This document shows, piece by piece, positions 20,413 through 28,764 of a DNA stretch of 42,038 nt. Below the pieces are notes generated by a model. The model was not told the DNA's origin. It ran no database searches and worked only from the letters and a program-made list of their open reading frames with translations. A program made the translations under genes and the position numbers. The stretch covers positions 1 to 42,038 of the forward strand of contig CAWJKT010000016.1 in NCBI GenBank assembly GCA_963843375.1, written 5' to 3'. The number at the start of each line of letters is the position of its first letter. Within the stretch, counting starts at the first letter, position 1. This DNA comes from an uncultured Pseudomonadota bacterium. Lineage in GTDB: Bacteria > Oederibacteriota > Muellerivitia > Muellerivitales > Muellerivitaceae.

Positions 20413-23400
20413 TCAGCGAACGATGAGGACTTTGAAAATTTTAATCGTCTGGGAATTCCCCACTATGGCCTTCACCCGGATGTAATAAAGCCCATCGGAA
20501 ACGGGTATTCCATCCTTATCTTTCAAATCCCACGAGAGGAAAGTTTTTCCAGAAAGTGGTTGAGATCCCTCCATTACCTTGCGAAATGCAATTGTGAAAA
20601 CATCCCAAATGAGATTGGCGCCCGGTGGACTTTGGAAATCCAATGAAACCGGTCCCCCGCCTTCGATAGGATTGGGATAAGGTGGTCCAATTACCACTTC
20701 CGTCATGGCCGGGGTCGGAATGCCGAAGGGGGTAAGGCTAATCGTCGGCGTCAAAGTAGCCGTCGGGAGAGGAAGAGGCGGTGTCTGGGTGGGTGTAAGA
20801 GTGATACTGGAAGTAAAGGTTTCGGTCAGCGTGTTAGTGGCCGAACGGGTGGGACTGGAGGTTGGAGTCATTGTCGTGGTACTCGTAAGTGTCGCCGTGT
20901 TGGTGAAAATGGCAGAGGATGTCGGGGTGGAAGTGAGGCTATTCGTAGGGGTACCAGCAGGCGTCAAGGTGGGAGTGAGGCTCAAGGTCATAGTCGTCGT
21001 CGAGGTAAAAGTGAAAGTGGCTGTAGAGGTGGTCGTCATGGTTGGCGAGAAGGTCAGGGTAGGGGTAGAGGAGGCCGTAAACGTCGAGGTGACGGTGGGA
21101 CTGAAGGTGTTGGTGAAAACCGGATAAGTGTCCCCAATGATCTGGCTCGTAAACGTGGCCGTGGGCTGGGTTCCAGTGGCCGAGGGGGTCGAAGTCGCTG
21201 TGCCGGTTGCTGTGGCGGTAGGTAGTGTGCCCGTGGCCGTTGGAATCAAAGTCAGAGTCGCCGTGGGTGAAGGGGTGAAGGTTGGCGTTGACGAAAAGGT
21301 TGGAGTCATGGTGGCACACCCCCCCGTGTTAACTTCCACCGGCCCGAAACCCATGGTCACCAAAGTACTTTGATCGCTGCTTTCGACCAATCCGATTTCG
21401 AGTGGTGCGGTCAGGGTTACGGTCGCCGATCCCAAACTGGACCAAGTTCCAAGTTCTTCAATGTAGGCCGTGTAGGTATTGCCCGATTGGACTAGGGCAT
21501 AATCTATCGGCTGGCCAATGCCATGCAGGGATACCGCAACCGAAGGGACTGCCCCGGCGGTCCCACGGTAGGTAAGCTCGATATAATCCAAAAGTACCGT
21601 AGAGACCATCACAAAAGGAGCATCGGCTGAAAGACCCGAACGGATCATGAGACCCGTTTTATCATTCGTTGTAAAAGTGGAGGAGCAGGGAGAAGCGCAG
21701 GCATAGGATACGGCGGTAATTGCCCCATTGCCGCACAAAGGTTGCCAAAGAAAATTGAAAGCGTCCGTACCCGTGTTTAATTCGTTCCCGGAACCAGAGA
21801 CGTAATAGTTTGAGCCGTCAAAGAGGGCAGTTCCCGCGGCCGGAACCGCGCCGATATCCTGGTCCGTCCAGGGAGGAGGCGCTGGGCCCAAGGTGGCGGT
21901 CATCGTGGCAGTGGCGGTGGTGGTCGCCGTGGAAGTGGGACTGCCGGAGGTGGCGGTCGGGGTAAATGTTAGGGTAACAGTTGGGGTCATTGTGACGGTA
22001 GGGGTGAAGCTGTTTGTGAAAGTAGGTGTCACCGTGGCCGTTGGCTCGGAAACGTAAACCACGTTCGAACAGGAGGCCTCCATCCCGCCCTGGTTGTTGA
22101 TGGCATCCGCGCTGATGTAATAAGTTCCTGCGGAGGGGGGTGTCCACACCAGCGTGTAGGGCGAAGTGGTGGAGGTGCCCACATACAGGTCGTTGACCAT
22201 AAAATCGACTTGGCCTACCGTGCCACCCGTATCCGAGGCAAGGGCCGTGAATGTGATGGGCGTAGCCGAGGGAAAGTAGCTTCCGGTCAAAGGTGAGGAT
22301 ATTTGGACCGTGGGCAGTGGATAGGCGCCTGTATAGGGAGTGTTCGGGAAGTTCTGGTTGATCTCCAGAGCGTTGTCGGCCGCAGTGACAGAAGCAGGGT
22401 CAACCCCGGTGGGCTGTCCCATAAAATTCACTGCGGGATTGGAATAGTTCAATATCCAGTTCCCCGGCTGATAGGCCATGATAGTGATAAAAGTGGTGCC
22501 CCCCGAGGCAAAACGGTAACCATAGTTGAAGCCGTTTCCCGAAGGCACGTCATCGGTCTGGCGGTCGTGGTGGCATCCCATGTTATGGCCAACTTCGTGG
22601 GAAAAGGCGATGTCCGCATACGGATAATAACACACGGTCGCAAACCCCGGTAATTGCCCTACCCCGGCCACGATTCCTCCCCCAGTCGTCGTGGCGGCCG
22701 AACCTACGAAAAGCGAAACGTAGTTCGCGCCATAAGTGGCCATCCATGCGCCAAGCTGTGGAAAATAAGCGGCGTTGGTCAGGTTGCCCAGGTCGGTGAT
22801 GACGTCGCCCGTCTCGAGGTAGGTGACCGGCTGGGTAGCCACCAGTTCCATCTCAGCGGTTACCCCGCTGTTATAAAAGGCCATATTCATGCCGGCCCAA
22901 TCCATGTCTATCAGGGTTTCCAGGGCCTCCGCGCCGCCCGCATTTTCCGCGGCGAGAGCCGTGTAAAGCACCATGATCTGACTGACTTTAAGGGATTGAG
23001 AGTTTGGGCATCCACTCTGGGTAGCCTGGGGATAAAAAGTCGGAACGCCTTGTGAGGCGACCCATTCGGCACCGGTGGGACCCGCTTTCTCGGGTCCCCC
23101 GTCCAACAGCACCTGGCCCGGGGCGGGATTGGTTTCAGAAATAAGGTGGAGGCCATTCTGAAGGTAGCGCACCTCGAATTTGTTGTGTCCAGGGACCCAG
23201 ACATCAGCTTGGAGAATTCCATCACGATAAGCCATGATCACCCGCCCGGTCTCTTGTCCGGGGATCGATCCCCAGACCACCCATCCCCCTTTCGGTCGCA
23301 CCCGAAGACGTTCCACGCTCCACTCGACTTGAACATCGTCGAACAGATTCAACTTGAATCCTGGATTCCAGCCTGGATGCTTAAACCGGCTTGGTAATCC

Positions 23401-23652
23401 ATCCAAAAGCGTCCGATCAAATTGAACATAACCTTCTCGACGGATTTTGCTCGGCAACGCGACCGGGCCCGCGGGTACCGGCATGGAATGAAAAAGTCCG
23501 GTCTGTCCCCCGTTTCCAGGAGCAGCCTCGGTGAGGACCGGAATACATAAGAAGGTCATTGCCCATATCAGGGATATCCTGGAGGAAGAAGCAATCTCCG
23601 GAAAAAAAAATCGAATAAGACGAAGAATCATGTTCCTCTTTAAAGTGTCCAT
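20413..23652 (-). CDS. Secreted reprolysin-like (M12B-type) zinc metallopeptidase with Ig-like domain, beta-sandwich domain, Thr/Pro linkers and T9SS-like C-terminal domain
   Basis: Signal peptide, prodomain, HEVGHNMGCHH with Met-turn TIMAY, Big-like domain (ALASDTGGTVGQVDF..PYTLVW), WTDQDIG..KTGLMIR domain, C-terminal YPNP..GLYYIRV..KVLIVR. Confidence 0.85.
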   Translation of the reverse strand: MDTLKRNMILRLIRFFFPEIASSSRISLIWAMTFLCIPVLTEAAPGNGGQTGLFHSMPVPAGPVALPSKIRREGYVQFDRTLLDGLPSRFKHPGWNPGFKLNLFDDVQVEWSVERLRVRPKGGWVVWGSIPGQETGRVIMAYRDGILQADVWVPGHNKFEVRYLQNGLHLISETNPAPGQVLLDGGPEKAGPTGAEWVASQGVPTFYPQATQSGCPNSQSLKVSQIMVLYTALAAENAGGAEALETLIDMDWAGMNMAFYNSGVTAEMELVATQPVTYLETGDVITDLGNLTNAAYFPQLGAWMATYGANYVSLFVGSAATTTGGGIVAGVGQLPGFATVCYYPYADIAFSHEVGHNMGCHHDRQTDDVPSGNGFNYGYRFASGGTTFITIMAYQPGNWILNYSNPAVNFMGQPTGVDPASVTAADNALEINQNFPNTPYTGAYPLPTVQISSPLTGSYFPSATPITFTALASDTGGTVGQVDFMVNDLYVGTSTTSPYTLVWTPPSAGTYYISADAINNQGGMEASCSNVVYVSEPTATVTPTFTNSFTPTVTMTPTVTLTFTPTATSGSPTSTATTTATATMTATLGPAPPPWTDQDIGAVPAAGTALFDGSNYYVSGSGNELNTGTDAFNFLWQPLCGNGAITAVSYACASPCSSTFTTNDKTGLMIRSGLSADAPFVMVSTVLLDYIELTYRGTAGAVPSVAVSLHGIGQPIDYALVQSGNTYTAYIEELGTWSSLGSATVTLTAPLEIGLVESSDQSTLVTMGFGPVEVNTGGCATMTPTFSSTPTFTPSPTATLTLIPTATGTLPTATATGTATSTPSATGTQPTATFTSQIIGDTYPVFTNTFSPTVTSTFTASSTPTLTFSPTMTTTSTATFTFTSTTTMTLSLTPTLTPAGTPTNSLTSTPTSSAIFTNTATLTSTTTMTPTSSPTRSATNTLTETFTSSITLTPTQTPPLPLPTATLTPTISLTPFGIPTPAMTEVVIGPPYPNPIEGGGPVSLDFQSPPGANLIWDVFTIAFRKVMEGSQPLSGKTFLSWDLKDKDGIPVSDGLYYIRVKAIVGNSQTIKIFKVLIVR
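20705..21310 (-). repeat. Thr/Pro/Ser low-complexity coding stalk, (T-x)n and TPT repeats
   Basis: About 200 codons of TPT/TAT/TFT repeats. They generate the Val/Gly-rich antisense shadow ORFs. Confidence 0.85.
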
Positions 23653-23670
23653 ACCTTCGAGGCTCCTACG

Positions 23671-24582
23671 TTAAAGCTCGCTTAAAATATCCGCTAACTC
23701 TGCCTCGCTTTGGTAACCCGTCGCGTCAATGATTTCTTTTCCATCGAGGAAGAAAGCGGTTTGGGGAAGCCCGTAAGTATGACCACCGGGAGTGGTGGGT
23801 ACCGCATATTCGTTCAAAAGCGCTTCGTTTTCGTCGGCGTTCACCCGGACCACGATGACTTGACCGGCGTAATCACTGGCGAACTGAGTGACCACGGGAG
23901 AATAGATTGTGCAGGTCGCGCACCAGGATGCCCAAAACTCCAACACAACCGGCACCGTAGTATTGGCGAGGATCTCGCTGAAATTGGCAGTTGTCCCAAT
24001 CACTACGGTTCCAGGTGGAATGGCTGTGGGCGTCGCAGTGACCGTTGGGGTAGCGGTGAAAGTCGAGGTGTCGGTTGGCGTATGAGTGGGAGTTGTCGTT
24101 TTGGTTCCCGTATCAATGGGTGTGGAAGTGGAAAGACTCGTAGGAGTGTCGGTCAAGACAAAGGTAAAAGTTGCTGTTGGAGTAACCGTACATGTAAAGG
24201 TTTGGGTAAAAGGAATGGCAATGGCCGTGGAACTAGGGGTCAGGGTGGGCGGAGTGGAGGTGAAGGTGACGCTAGGCAAAGCAACCGTGGATGTAAAGGA
24301 GGCAGTTGGCGTGGGTGAAAATACCGGCGGGACATAAGCTGTAGAACTGGGAGAAGGGGTTCCCGTCGAAACCGTCACACTAACAGTCGAGGTGGAAGTC
24401 GCGATTGCAGAGGGCGTCGAAACGAGGGTGGCTGTCAATCCGGGGGTAGAGGAATTATTTGGACTCACGGGTGTTGGATCGAAAGGGCTGAGGGGTGAAG
24501 TTTGATAAGATTTTTGGCAGTTCATTCCACAAACAGCCAAGACGGTCCAAACGGTAATATAAAAAGCCTTCATGTATTTCAA
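23671..24582 (-). CDS. Putative lipoprotein: Thr/Pro stalk plus C-terminal thioredoxin domain (WCATC)
   Basis: AAGGA RBS before TTG, signal peptide with Cys (AVCGMNC), long T/P linker, VVLEFWASWCATC..VRVNADEN..LPQTAFFLDGK. Confidence 0.85.
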   Translation of the reverse strand: MKYMKAFYITVWTVLAVCGMNCQKSYQTSPLSPFDPTPVSPNNSSTPGLTATLVSTPSAIATSTSTVSVTVSTGTPSPSSTAYVPPVFSPTPTASFTSTVALPSVTFTSTPPTLTPSSTAIAIPFTQTFTCTVTPTATFTFVLTDTPTSLSTSTPIDTGTKTTTPTHTPTDTSTFTATPTVTATPTAIPPGTVVIGTTANFSEILANTTVPVVLEFWASWCATCTIYSPVVTQFASDYAGQVIVVRVNADENEALLNEYAVPTTPGGHTYGLPQTAFFLDGKEIIDATGYQSEAELADILSEL

Positions 24583-24637
24583 AATTGAGTCCTTTCGGTT
24601 GCCCCTGTTAAATCCATGGTTCTAGGGCAGTCACTTT

Positions 24638-24666
24638 TATAGTGACCAGAGAAGGGACTTTATTCC
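24638..24666 (-). promoter_or_regulatory. Candidate ECF sigma promoter, copy 1 (thioredoxin-peptidase operon)
   Basis: Minus strand GGAATAA-agtcccttctctggt-CACTATA (N15), 55 nt upstream of the start at 24582. Confidence 0.75.
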
Positions 24667-24750
24667 AACAATGCTTGATTTATCTTTGAGAAATGAACAA
24701 TTGAATAACCGTGTTCAAGAATTCCAACTGCCAACCTTGGACCCGGTTTT

Positions 24751-26127
24751 TCACGGGTGAACGGCCATGAAACAGGCCGTCCCTCCAAGACTGATGGAGG
24801 ACAGCGCGGTTGGCGGAGTAGTGGTGATATTAGCCTCGTAAAGGACTTGGGCGAAATAACCTGGAATATAAGCGGTAGACCCATCCTTTGATAACCAGTC
24901 GTAGTGGACGTTATCGGTTGTGCTGTCGAACATTAATTGGTTGACGTAACTGTAGGTGTCTGTTGCCGTATCCACGCTGAATTCCTCTAAATAAGTATCA
25001 CCATCGGAGGCTACCCAGAGAGTGGACCCGTTGGAAGAAAGGGTATTGCCCCGGAACCCGAATCCTGAACCTCCGGTGAAAGTGGTGACCGTTCCAAATG
25101 TTGAGGTATTAATAACCTGGATCCCTCCGGAACTCCACATTGAAAGGAAGGCCCGGGTTCCATCCGCCGAAACCGAAATTCCTTGGGGATTGCCGCCCGT
25201 GGTCAGTGTAATCTCCTGTTTCGTCGCAAATCCAGAGGAAGCCGGGTTGCTGTTGATGACGGCCACCAGCGAGGGACTGCCATAAGGGCCGCTCTCAGGC
25301 CACCACAGTTGGTTTCCATTCGGCGTAAATGCCGCCTCACCGATGAGACTTGTCGTGAAACCGGTGATATCCGCCACCACCTGCTGATAGTTGGGGCTGG
25401 AGGGTTGGATATTGAGAACTTCCATGCCACACCCGTCTGAGAAATAAGCGTAGGCTCCCGCAGGATCAATCCATACCATACCGACTGCGGTGCTGTCGAG
25501 GCGCAGATAGGTGACTTGGTTTTCATTGGAACTGGTTGGATCGGTATTGATGACGGCCAATCCGCTTAGACTTCCGCCGAAAATATTATTGGCGACGACG
25601 TAGAGCTCTTTCCCGTTCGGGGTGAAGGCCATGTTATTGATAGACGTGGCCTGGATGGGAATATTTAGGACGATGGCCCCGCTATTGATAGCCTGCACGT
25701 TAACCGTTGTGGAATTGGACACATAAACCGTTCCGGTTAGAGCCGAAGGGGTTCCTGAAACGCTGACGGGGGCAGTGGAAACACAGGCATTAAGGGGTGT
25801 TCCGGTGGGGGTCGCAGTGCCCGTGGATGTGATCGTTGGGCTTGCCGTAGGCGTTCCCGAGAAGGTTACGGTGGGCGTGAGCGTGGGGGTCGAACTGGGA
25901 ACAGGAGAGGTCGTCTTGGTCGGGCTGGGTGTGGACGTTCCGGTGGATGTGGGCGTTGGCGTAACAGTCTGGGTCGGACTGGACGTGGCCGTTCCTGAAA
26001 CCGTCCAGGTCAAGGTCGGCGTCGAAGGCGCTGGGGGCAAGGAAGGAAGGGGTCTTCGCTCGCAGCTCCATAAATCCATCATCACGAGAATCAAACCCGC
26101 GAAAAGAAAATTAAAAAATATTTTCAT
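24751..26127 (-). CDS. Putative lipoprotein: Thr/Pro stalk plus YncE-like beta-propeller
   Basis: GGAG RBS before ATG 26127, signal peptide ending LWSC. Blades MAFTPNGKELYV, AAFTPNGNQLWW, ISVSADGTRAFL, LSSNGSTLWV, LSKDGSTAYI. Confidence 0.8.
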   Translation of the reverse strand: MKIFFNFLFAGLILVMMDLWSCERRPLPSLPPAPSTPTLTWTVSGTATSSPTQTVTPTPTSTGTSTPSPTKTTSPVPSSTPTLTPTVTFSGTPTASPTITSTGTATPTGTPLNACVSTAPVSVSGTPSALTGTVYVSNSTTVNVQAINSGAIVLNIPIQATSINNMAFTPNGKELYVVANNIFGGSLSGLAVINTDPTSSNENQVTYLRLDSTAVGMVWIDPAGAYAYFSDGCGMEVLNIQPSSPNYQQVVADITGFTTSLIGEAAFTPNGNQLWWPESGPYGSPSLVAVINSNPASSGFATKQEITLTTGGNPQGISVSADGTRAFLSMWSSGGIQVINTSTFGTVTTFTGGSGFGFRGNTLSSNGSTLWVASDGDTYLEEFSVDTATDTYSYVNQLMFDSTTDNVHYDWLSKDGSTAYIPGYFAQVLYEANITTTPPTALSSISLGGTACFMAVHP

Positions 26128-26160
26128 GACCAGTCTCCGAATGTTTTTTCCCACCGTTGA

Positions 26161-26189
26161 TATAGTGACAAGCGGATGAGCTTTATTCC
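26161..26189 (-). promoter_or_regulatory. Candidate ECF sigma promoter, copy 2
   Basis: Minus strand GGAATAA-agctcatccgcttgt-CACTATA (N15), 33 nt upstream of ATG 26127. Confidence 0.75.
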
Positions 26190-26303
26190 CATTTCTCAAT
26201 AAGAAATCTTTTAAGAATAACTTCCCGTTAATCATATCCCCAAACAGGTGACCACCAGGGTTAAAACAAACTCGGGCTTAAGTGACAACAATGACTCCCG
26301 AAC

Positions 26304-26332
26304 TATAGTGATCGGCAAAACCCTTTTATTCC
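26304..26332 (-). promoter_or_regulatory. Candidate ECF sigma promoter, copy 3
   Basis: Minus strand GGAATAA-aagggttttgccgat-CACTATA (N15), 143 bp upstream of copy 2. Confidence 0.7.
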
Positions 26333-26481
26333 GTTTACTTTAAAAATATTCCACAATAATGTACGTTCTCAAAAACCATCCAACGATATAAAATATGGCC
26401 CCGTTAGCCATTTGATGCGGCGAAACACGACACTTTTAAAAAGGCCAAAACCATACCGGTTCGCCAAAAGGCTTGAACGCC

Positions 26482-26865
26482 ATGATTCTATTTGTGATTC
26501 GACAGCTTTTAAATCGGTCCTTATTCCTTTCCGGGCTTCTTTTCTTTCTCATCCTCACAAGCACTTCCCTTTCCTTTCAAACACCGACTGCTGGTTCCTG
26601 TTTTGTGTACCCTTCTCCCGCCACCGGCAGCTCAGTCTGGGTGGTTTACACTATGCCCCAGAACGGATCGGTGGAGGTGCGAATTTACAACGAAGCAGGG
26701 GATTTGGTTTTAGAGAGTACCGACCAGCAGGCAACCGGCGTCCAAGAAACGGGAATAAATATTTCTTACTTGCGCAACGGGGTCTATCTTTGCCAGGTCC
26801 TCCTAACGCCGGAGGGTGGATCGACTCAAGCCTTAAAGATCTTTGAGTTCTCGGTTGTGCGATGA
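26482..26865 (+). CDS. Small exported protein made of a signal peptide plus one T9SS-like C-terminal (sorting) domain
   Basis: Hydrophobic signal, then FVYPSPATG..VEVRIYNEAGDLV..LRNGVYLCQV..FSVVR, matching the type A CTD pattern YPNP..IY...G..V..GxY. Confidence 0.7.
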   Translation: MILFVIRQLLNRSLFLSGLLFFLILTSTSLSFQTPTAGSCFVYPSPATGSSVWVVYTMPQNGSVEVRIYNEAGDLVLESTDQQATGVQETGINISYLRNGVYLCQVLLTPEGGSTQALKIFEFSVVR

Positions 26866-28157
26866 AAGTCCAGTGGTGGAAAGGCATTCTAAGAATCCCA
26901 TGGTTAGTATTTCTTTATTCGCCCGTTCTTTCCTTTGCCGACCAAACCACCTACACCACTGCATTTATTCCCTATCCATTGGAAAGCCTGGACTATTCCC
27001 CCAGAGCCGAAGCCATGGGCTCGGCTTTTACTTCAGTCGAGGGCGACTCCGCTTGCCTCTTTTATAATCCAGCCGGGTTGGCGGGCGTTTTAAATCCGGA
27101 AATTTCTATCGTTCACCAATCTTGGCTCGCCAACCTCTCGCAAGAAAACTTGTCCGGAGCCCTTTCGATTGGAAAAGCGGGGACCCTGTCCTTCGGAGCC
27201 GATTACCTCAGCTACGGAACTTTGCAAGGCTATGACGCCAATGGCTTTTCCACCACCACCTACCAGCCCTTTCGCACCTCTCTCGTAATGGGTTGGGGAT
27301 GTTATCTTTTCCCTCGTTTCGCCATCGGATTCTCCCTGAGGGGACTAGACCAGTCTCTATTCACGGGAGTGGACACAATGGCTTCGGCGATCGGCATCGG
27401 ATTCCTTTGGCGCCCCTTACCCCGCTTGAACTTGGGAGGCTTTTACACTTTTCTTTATAGCGATGCCGAAGCGGACTTGGGCCAGCTCAAATGGGGCGCT
27501 TCCTATAAACTTCCTGTTTTTGGCAAGAGCTCCGCCCTTTTATCAGTGGATTTTTCCATGCCGCCCGACGGGGTTTACCAGATTCAATGCGGCGCGGAAC
27601 AGTCCATTTTCAACATCCTGACCTTCCGACTGGGTAATCAATGGGACCTGAAGGACAATGAAATTGCAGGATTTCGGGAATTCACAATGGGGTTGGGCCT
27701 GCATTGGAATGGACTGGACCTGGACGCAAGCTTTGTCCCGGATGGGGACTTGGGCTCCTCCCAAATGCTTGGCTTGACCTACCGTTTTCCTTCGGAAACA
27801 CCCCATCTCCCTCCCGCCGTTCCGCTTAATTTTATTCCCCCGTCGGAAATAACTCCCGCCGACAAGGCGCTGGATGTTAAGGTACAGTTCTCAAAAGGCC
27901 CGGGGATGGCGGCTCCCAGTCTCTCTCCCGAAACCCAGAAAGAGCTGGATATTCTGGGGAAACAAGTACAGGACCATCCCCAGGACGTCACGTCTTGGGC
28001 TCGGTTGGGAAGACTGTATTGGCTCTCCAACCAACCTGAGTATGCCGTTCAGTGTTTTGAGGAAATTCTCCGTCTTCAGCCTGGGGACGCTTCTTTAAAA
28101 GCCTGGTTGGATCGGTACCATCAACAACACCCCCCGCATTCCAAGTCCGGGGAATAA
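26862..28157 (+). CDS. PorV/PorQ (UPF0164/FadL-like) outer-membrane barrel with C-terminal TPR
   Basis: PRAEAMGSAFTSV.GD..LFYNPAGLA signature, amphipathic strands ending LGLTYRF, Pro linker, then TPR (SWARLGRLYW..AVQCFEEILRLQP). Confidence 0.8.
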   Translation: MKVQWWKGILRIPWLVFLYSPVLSFADQTTYTTAFIPYPLESLDYSPRAEAMGSAFTSVEGDSACLFYNPAGLAGVLNPEISIVHQSWLANLSQENLSGALSIGKAGTLSFGADYLSYGTLQGYDANGFSTTTYQPFRTSLVMGWGCYLFPRFAIGFSLRGLDQSLFTGVDTMASAIGIGFLWRPLPRLNLGGFYTFLYSDAEADLGQLKWGASYKLPVFGKSSALLSVDFSMPPDGVYQIQCGAEQSIFNILTFRLGNQWDLKDNEIAGFREFTMGLGLHWNGLDLDASFVPDGDLGSSQMLGLTYRFPSETPHLPPAVPLNFIPPSEITPADKALDVKVQFSKGPGMAAPSLSPETQKELDILGKQVQDHPQDVTSWARLGRLYWLSNQPEYAVQCFEEILRLQPGDASLKAWLDRYHQQHPPHSKSGE

Positions 28158-28179
28158 TTCGGGCAACTGAAACACTATA
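28151..28179 (+). promoter_or_regulatory. Candidate ECF sigma promoter, copy 4 (autoregulatory position)
   Basis: GGAATAA-ttcgggcaactgaaa-CACTATA (N15), 12 nt upstream of the ECF start. The TAA is also the stop codon of the PorV-like gene. Confidence 0.75.
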
Positions 28180-28191
28180 CAGAGGGAAACA

Positions 28192-28764
28192 TTGGCGGAC
28201 GAAAAGGAACTGGTCCAAAAAATTCTGGCGGGCGATCCGAAAGCCCAGGCCTTTTTCTACGCGGAAAACGCGCCCCGTCTTTATCCGGTTTGCGTCCACT
28301 TCCTGGGATACCAGGATCCGGACGCGGAGGATATTGTCCAGCAAACTTTTCTTATCGCCCTTCAGAAATTGAGGGCCTTTGAATTCCGGTCCAGCCTTTA
28401 CACCTGGCTGGATCACATTTGCGTGAACCTTTGCTATGAAAGATTGAGAAAAAGGAAAAGGGAGCTGGCGTCCCTGTCGGAGGACTTGGAAAAACTCACC
28501 CAGCCCCAGGCCGGATCATTGGACCACCAGCAAATGGTTGAGGATGAGAAAAAAAGAAGGCTTGAGATTTTGCGGAATCTCACCAAATCCATGAGCGAAA
28601 AATGCCGGGAGGTTCTGGTTATGAGGGATCAAAAAGGCGAAAGTTACATCGATATCGCTCGCAGCCTCAAGATTCCCATTGGGACCGTGATGTCCCAATT
28701 GGCCCGGTGCCGGAAAGCCCTTCGGCACATGATGGAAAATGAAATCAAGGGAGCCCATTCTTGA
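28192..28764 (+). CDS. ECF (sigma-70 group 4) RNA polymerase sigma factor
   Basis: Region 2 DAEDIVQQTF..FEFRSSLYTWL and region 4 SYIDIARSLKIPIGTVMSQLAR. GAGGG RBS before TTG. Confidence 0.93.
   Translation: MADEKELVQKILAGDPKAQAFFYAENAPRLYPVCVHFLGYQDPDAEDIVQQTFLIALQKLRAFEFRSSLYTWLDHICVNLCYERLRKRKRELASLSEDLEKLTQPQAGSLDHQQMVEDEKKRRLEILRNLTKSMSEKCREVLVMRDQKGESYIDIARSLKIPIGTVMSQLARCRKALRHMMENEIKGAHS

Noticed and set aside
20705..21373. Val/Gly-rich plus-strand ORFs here and at 24086..24337, 25775..26179, 29989..30204
   Set aside because: Antisense shadows of Thr/Pro codon repeats in the real minus-strand genes.
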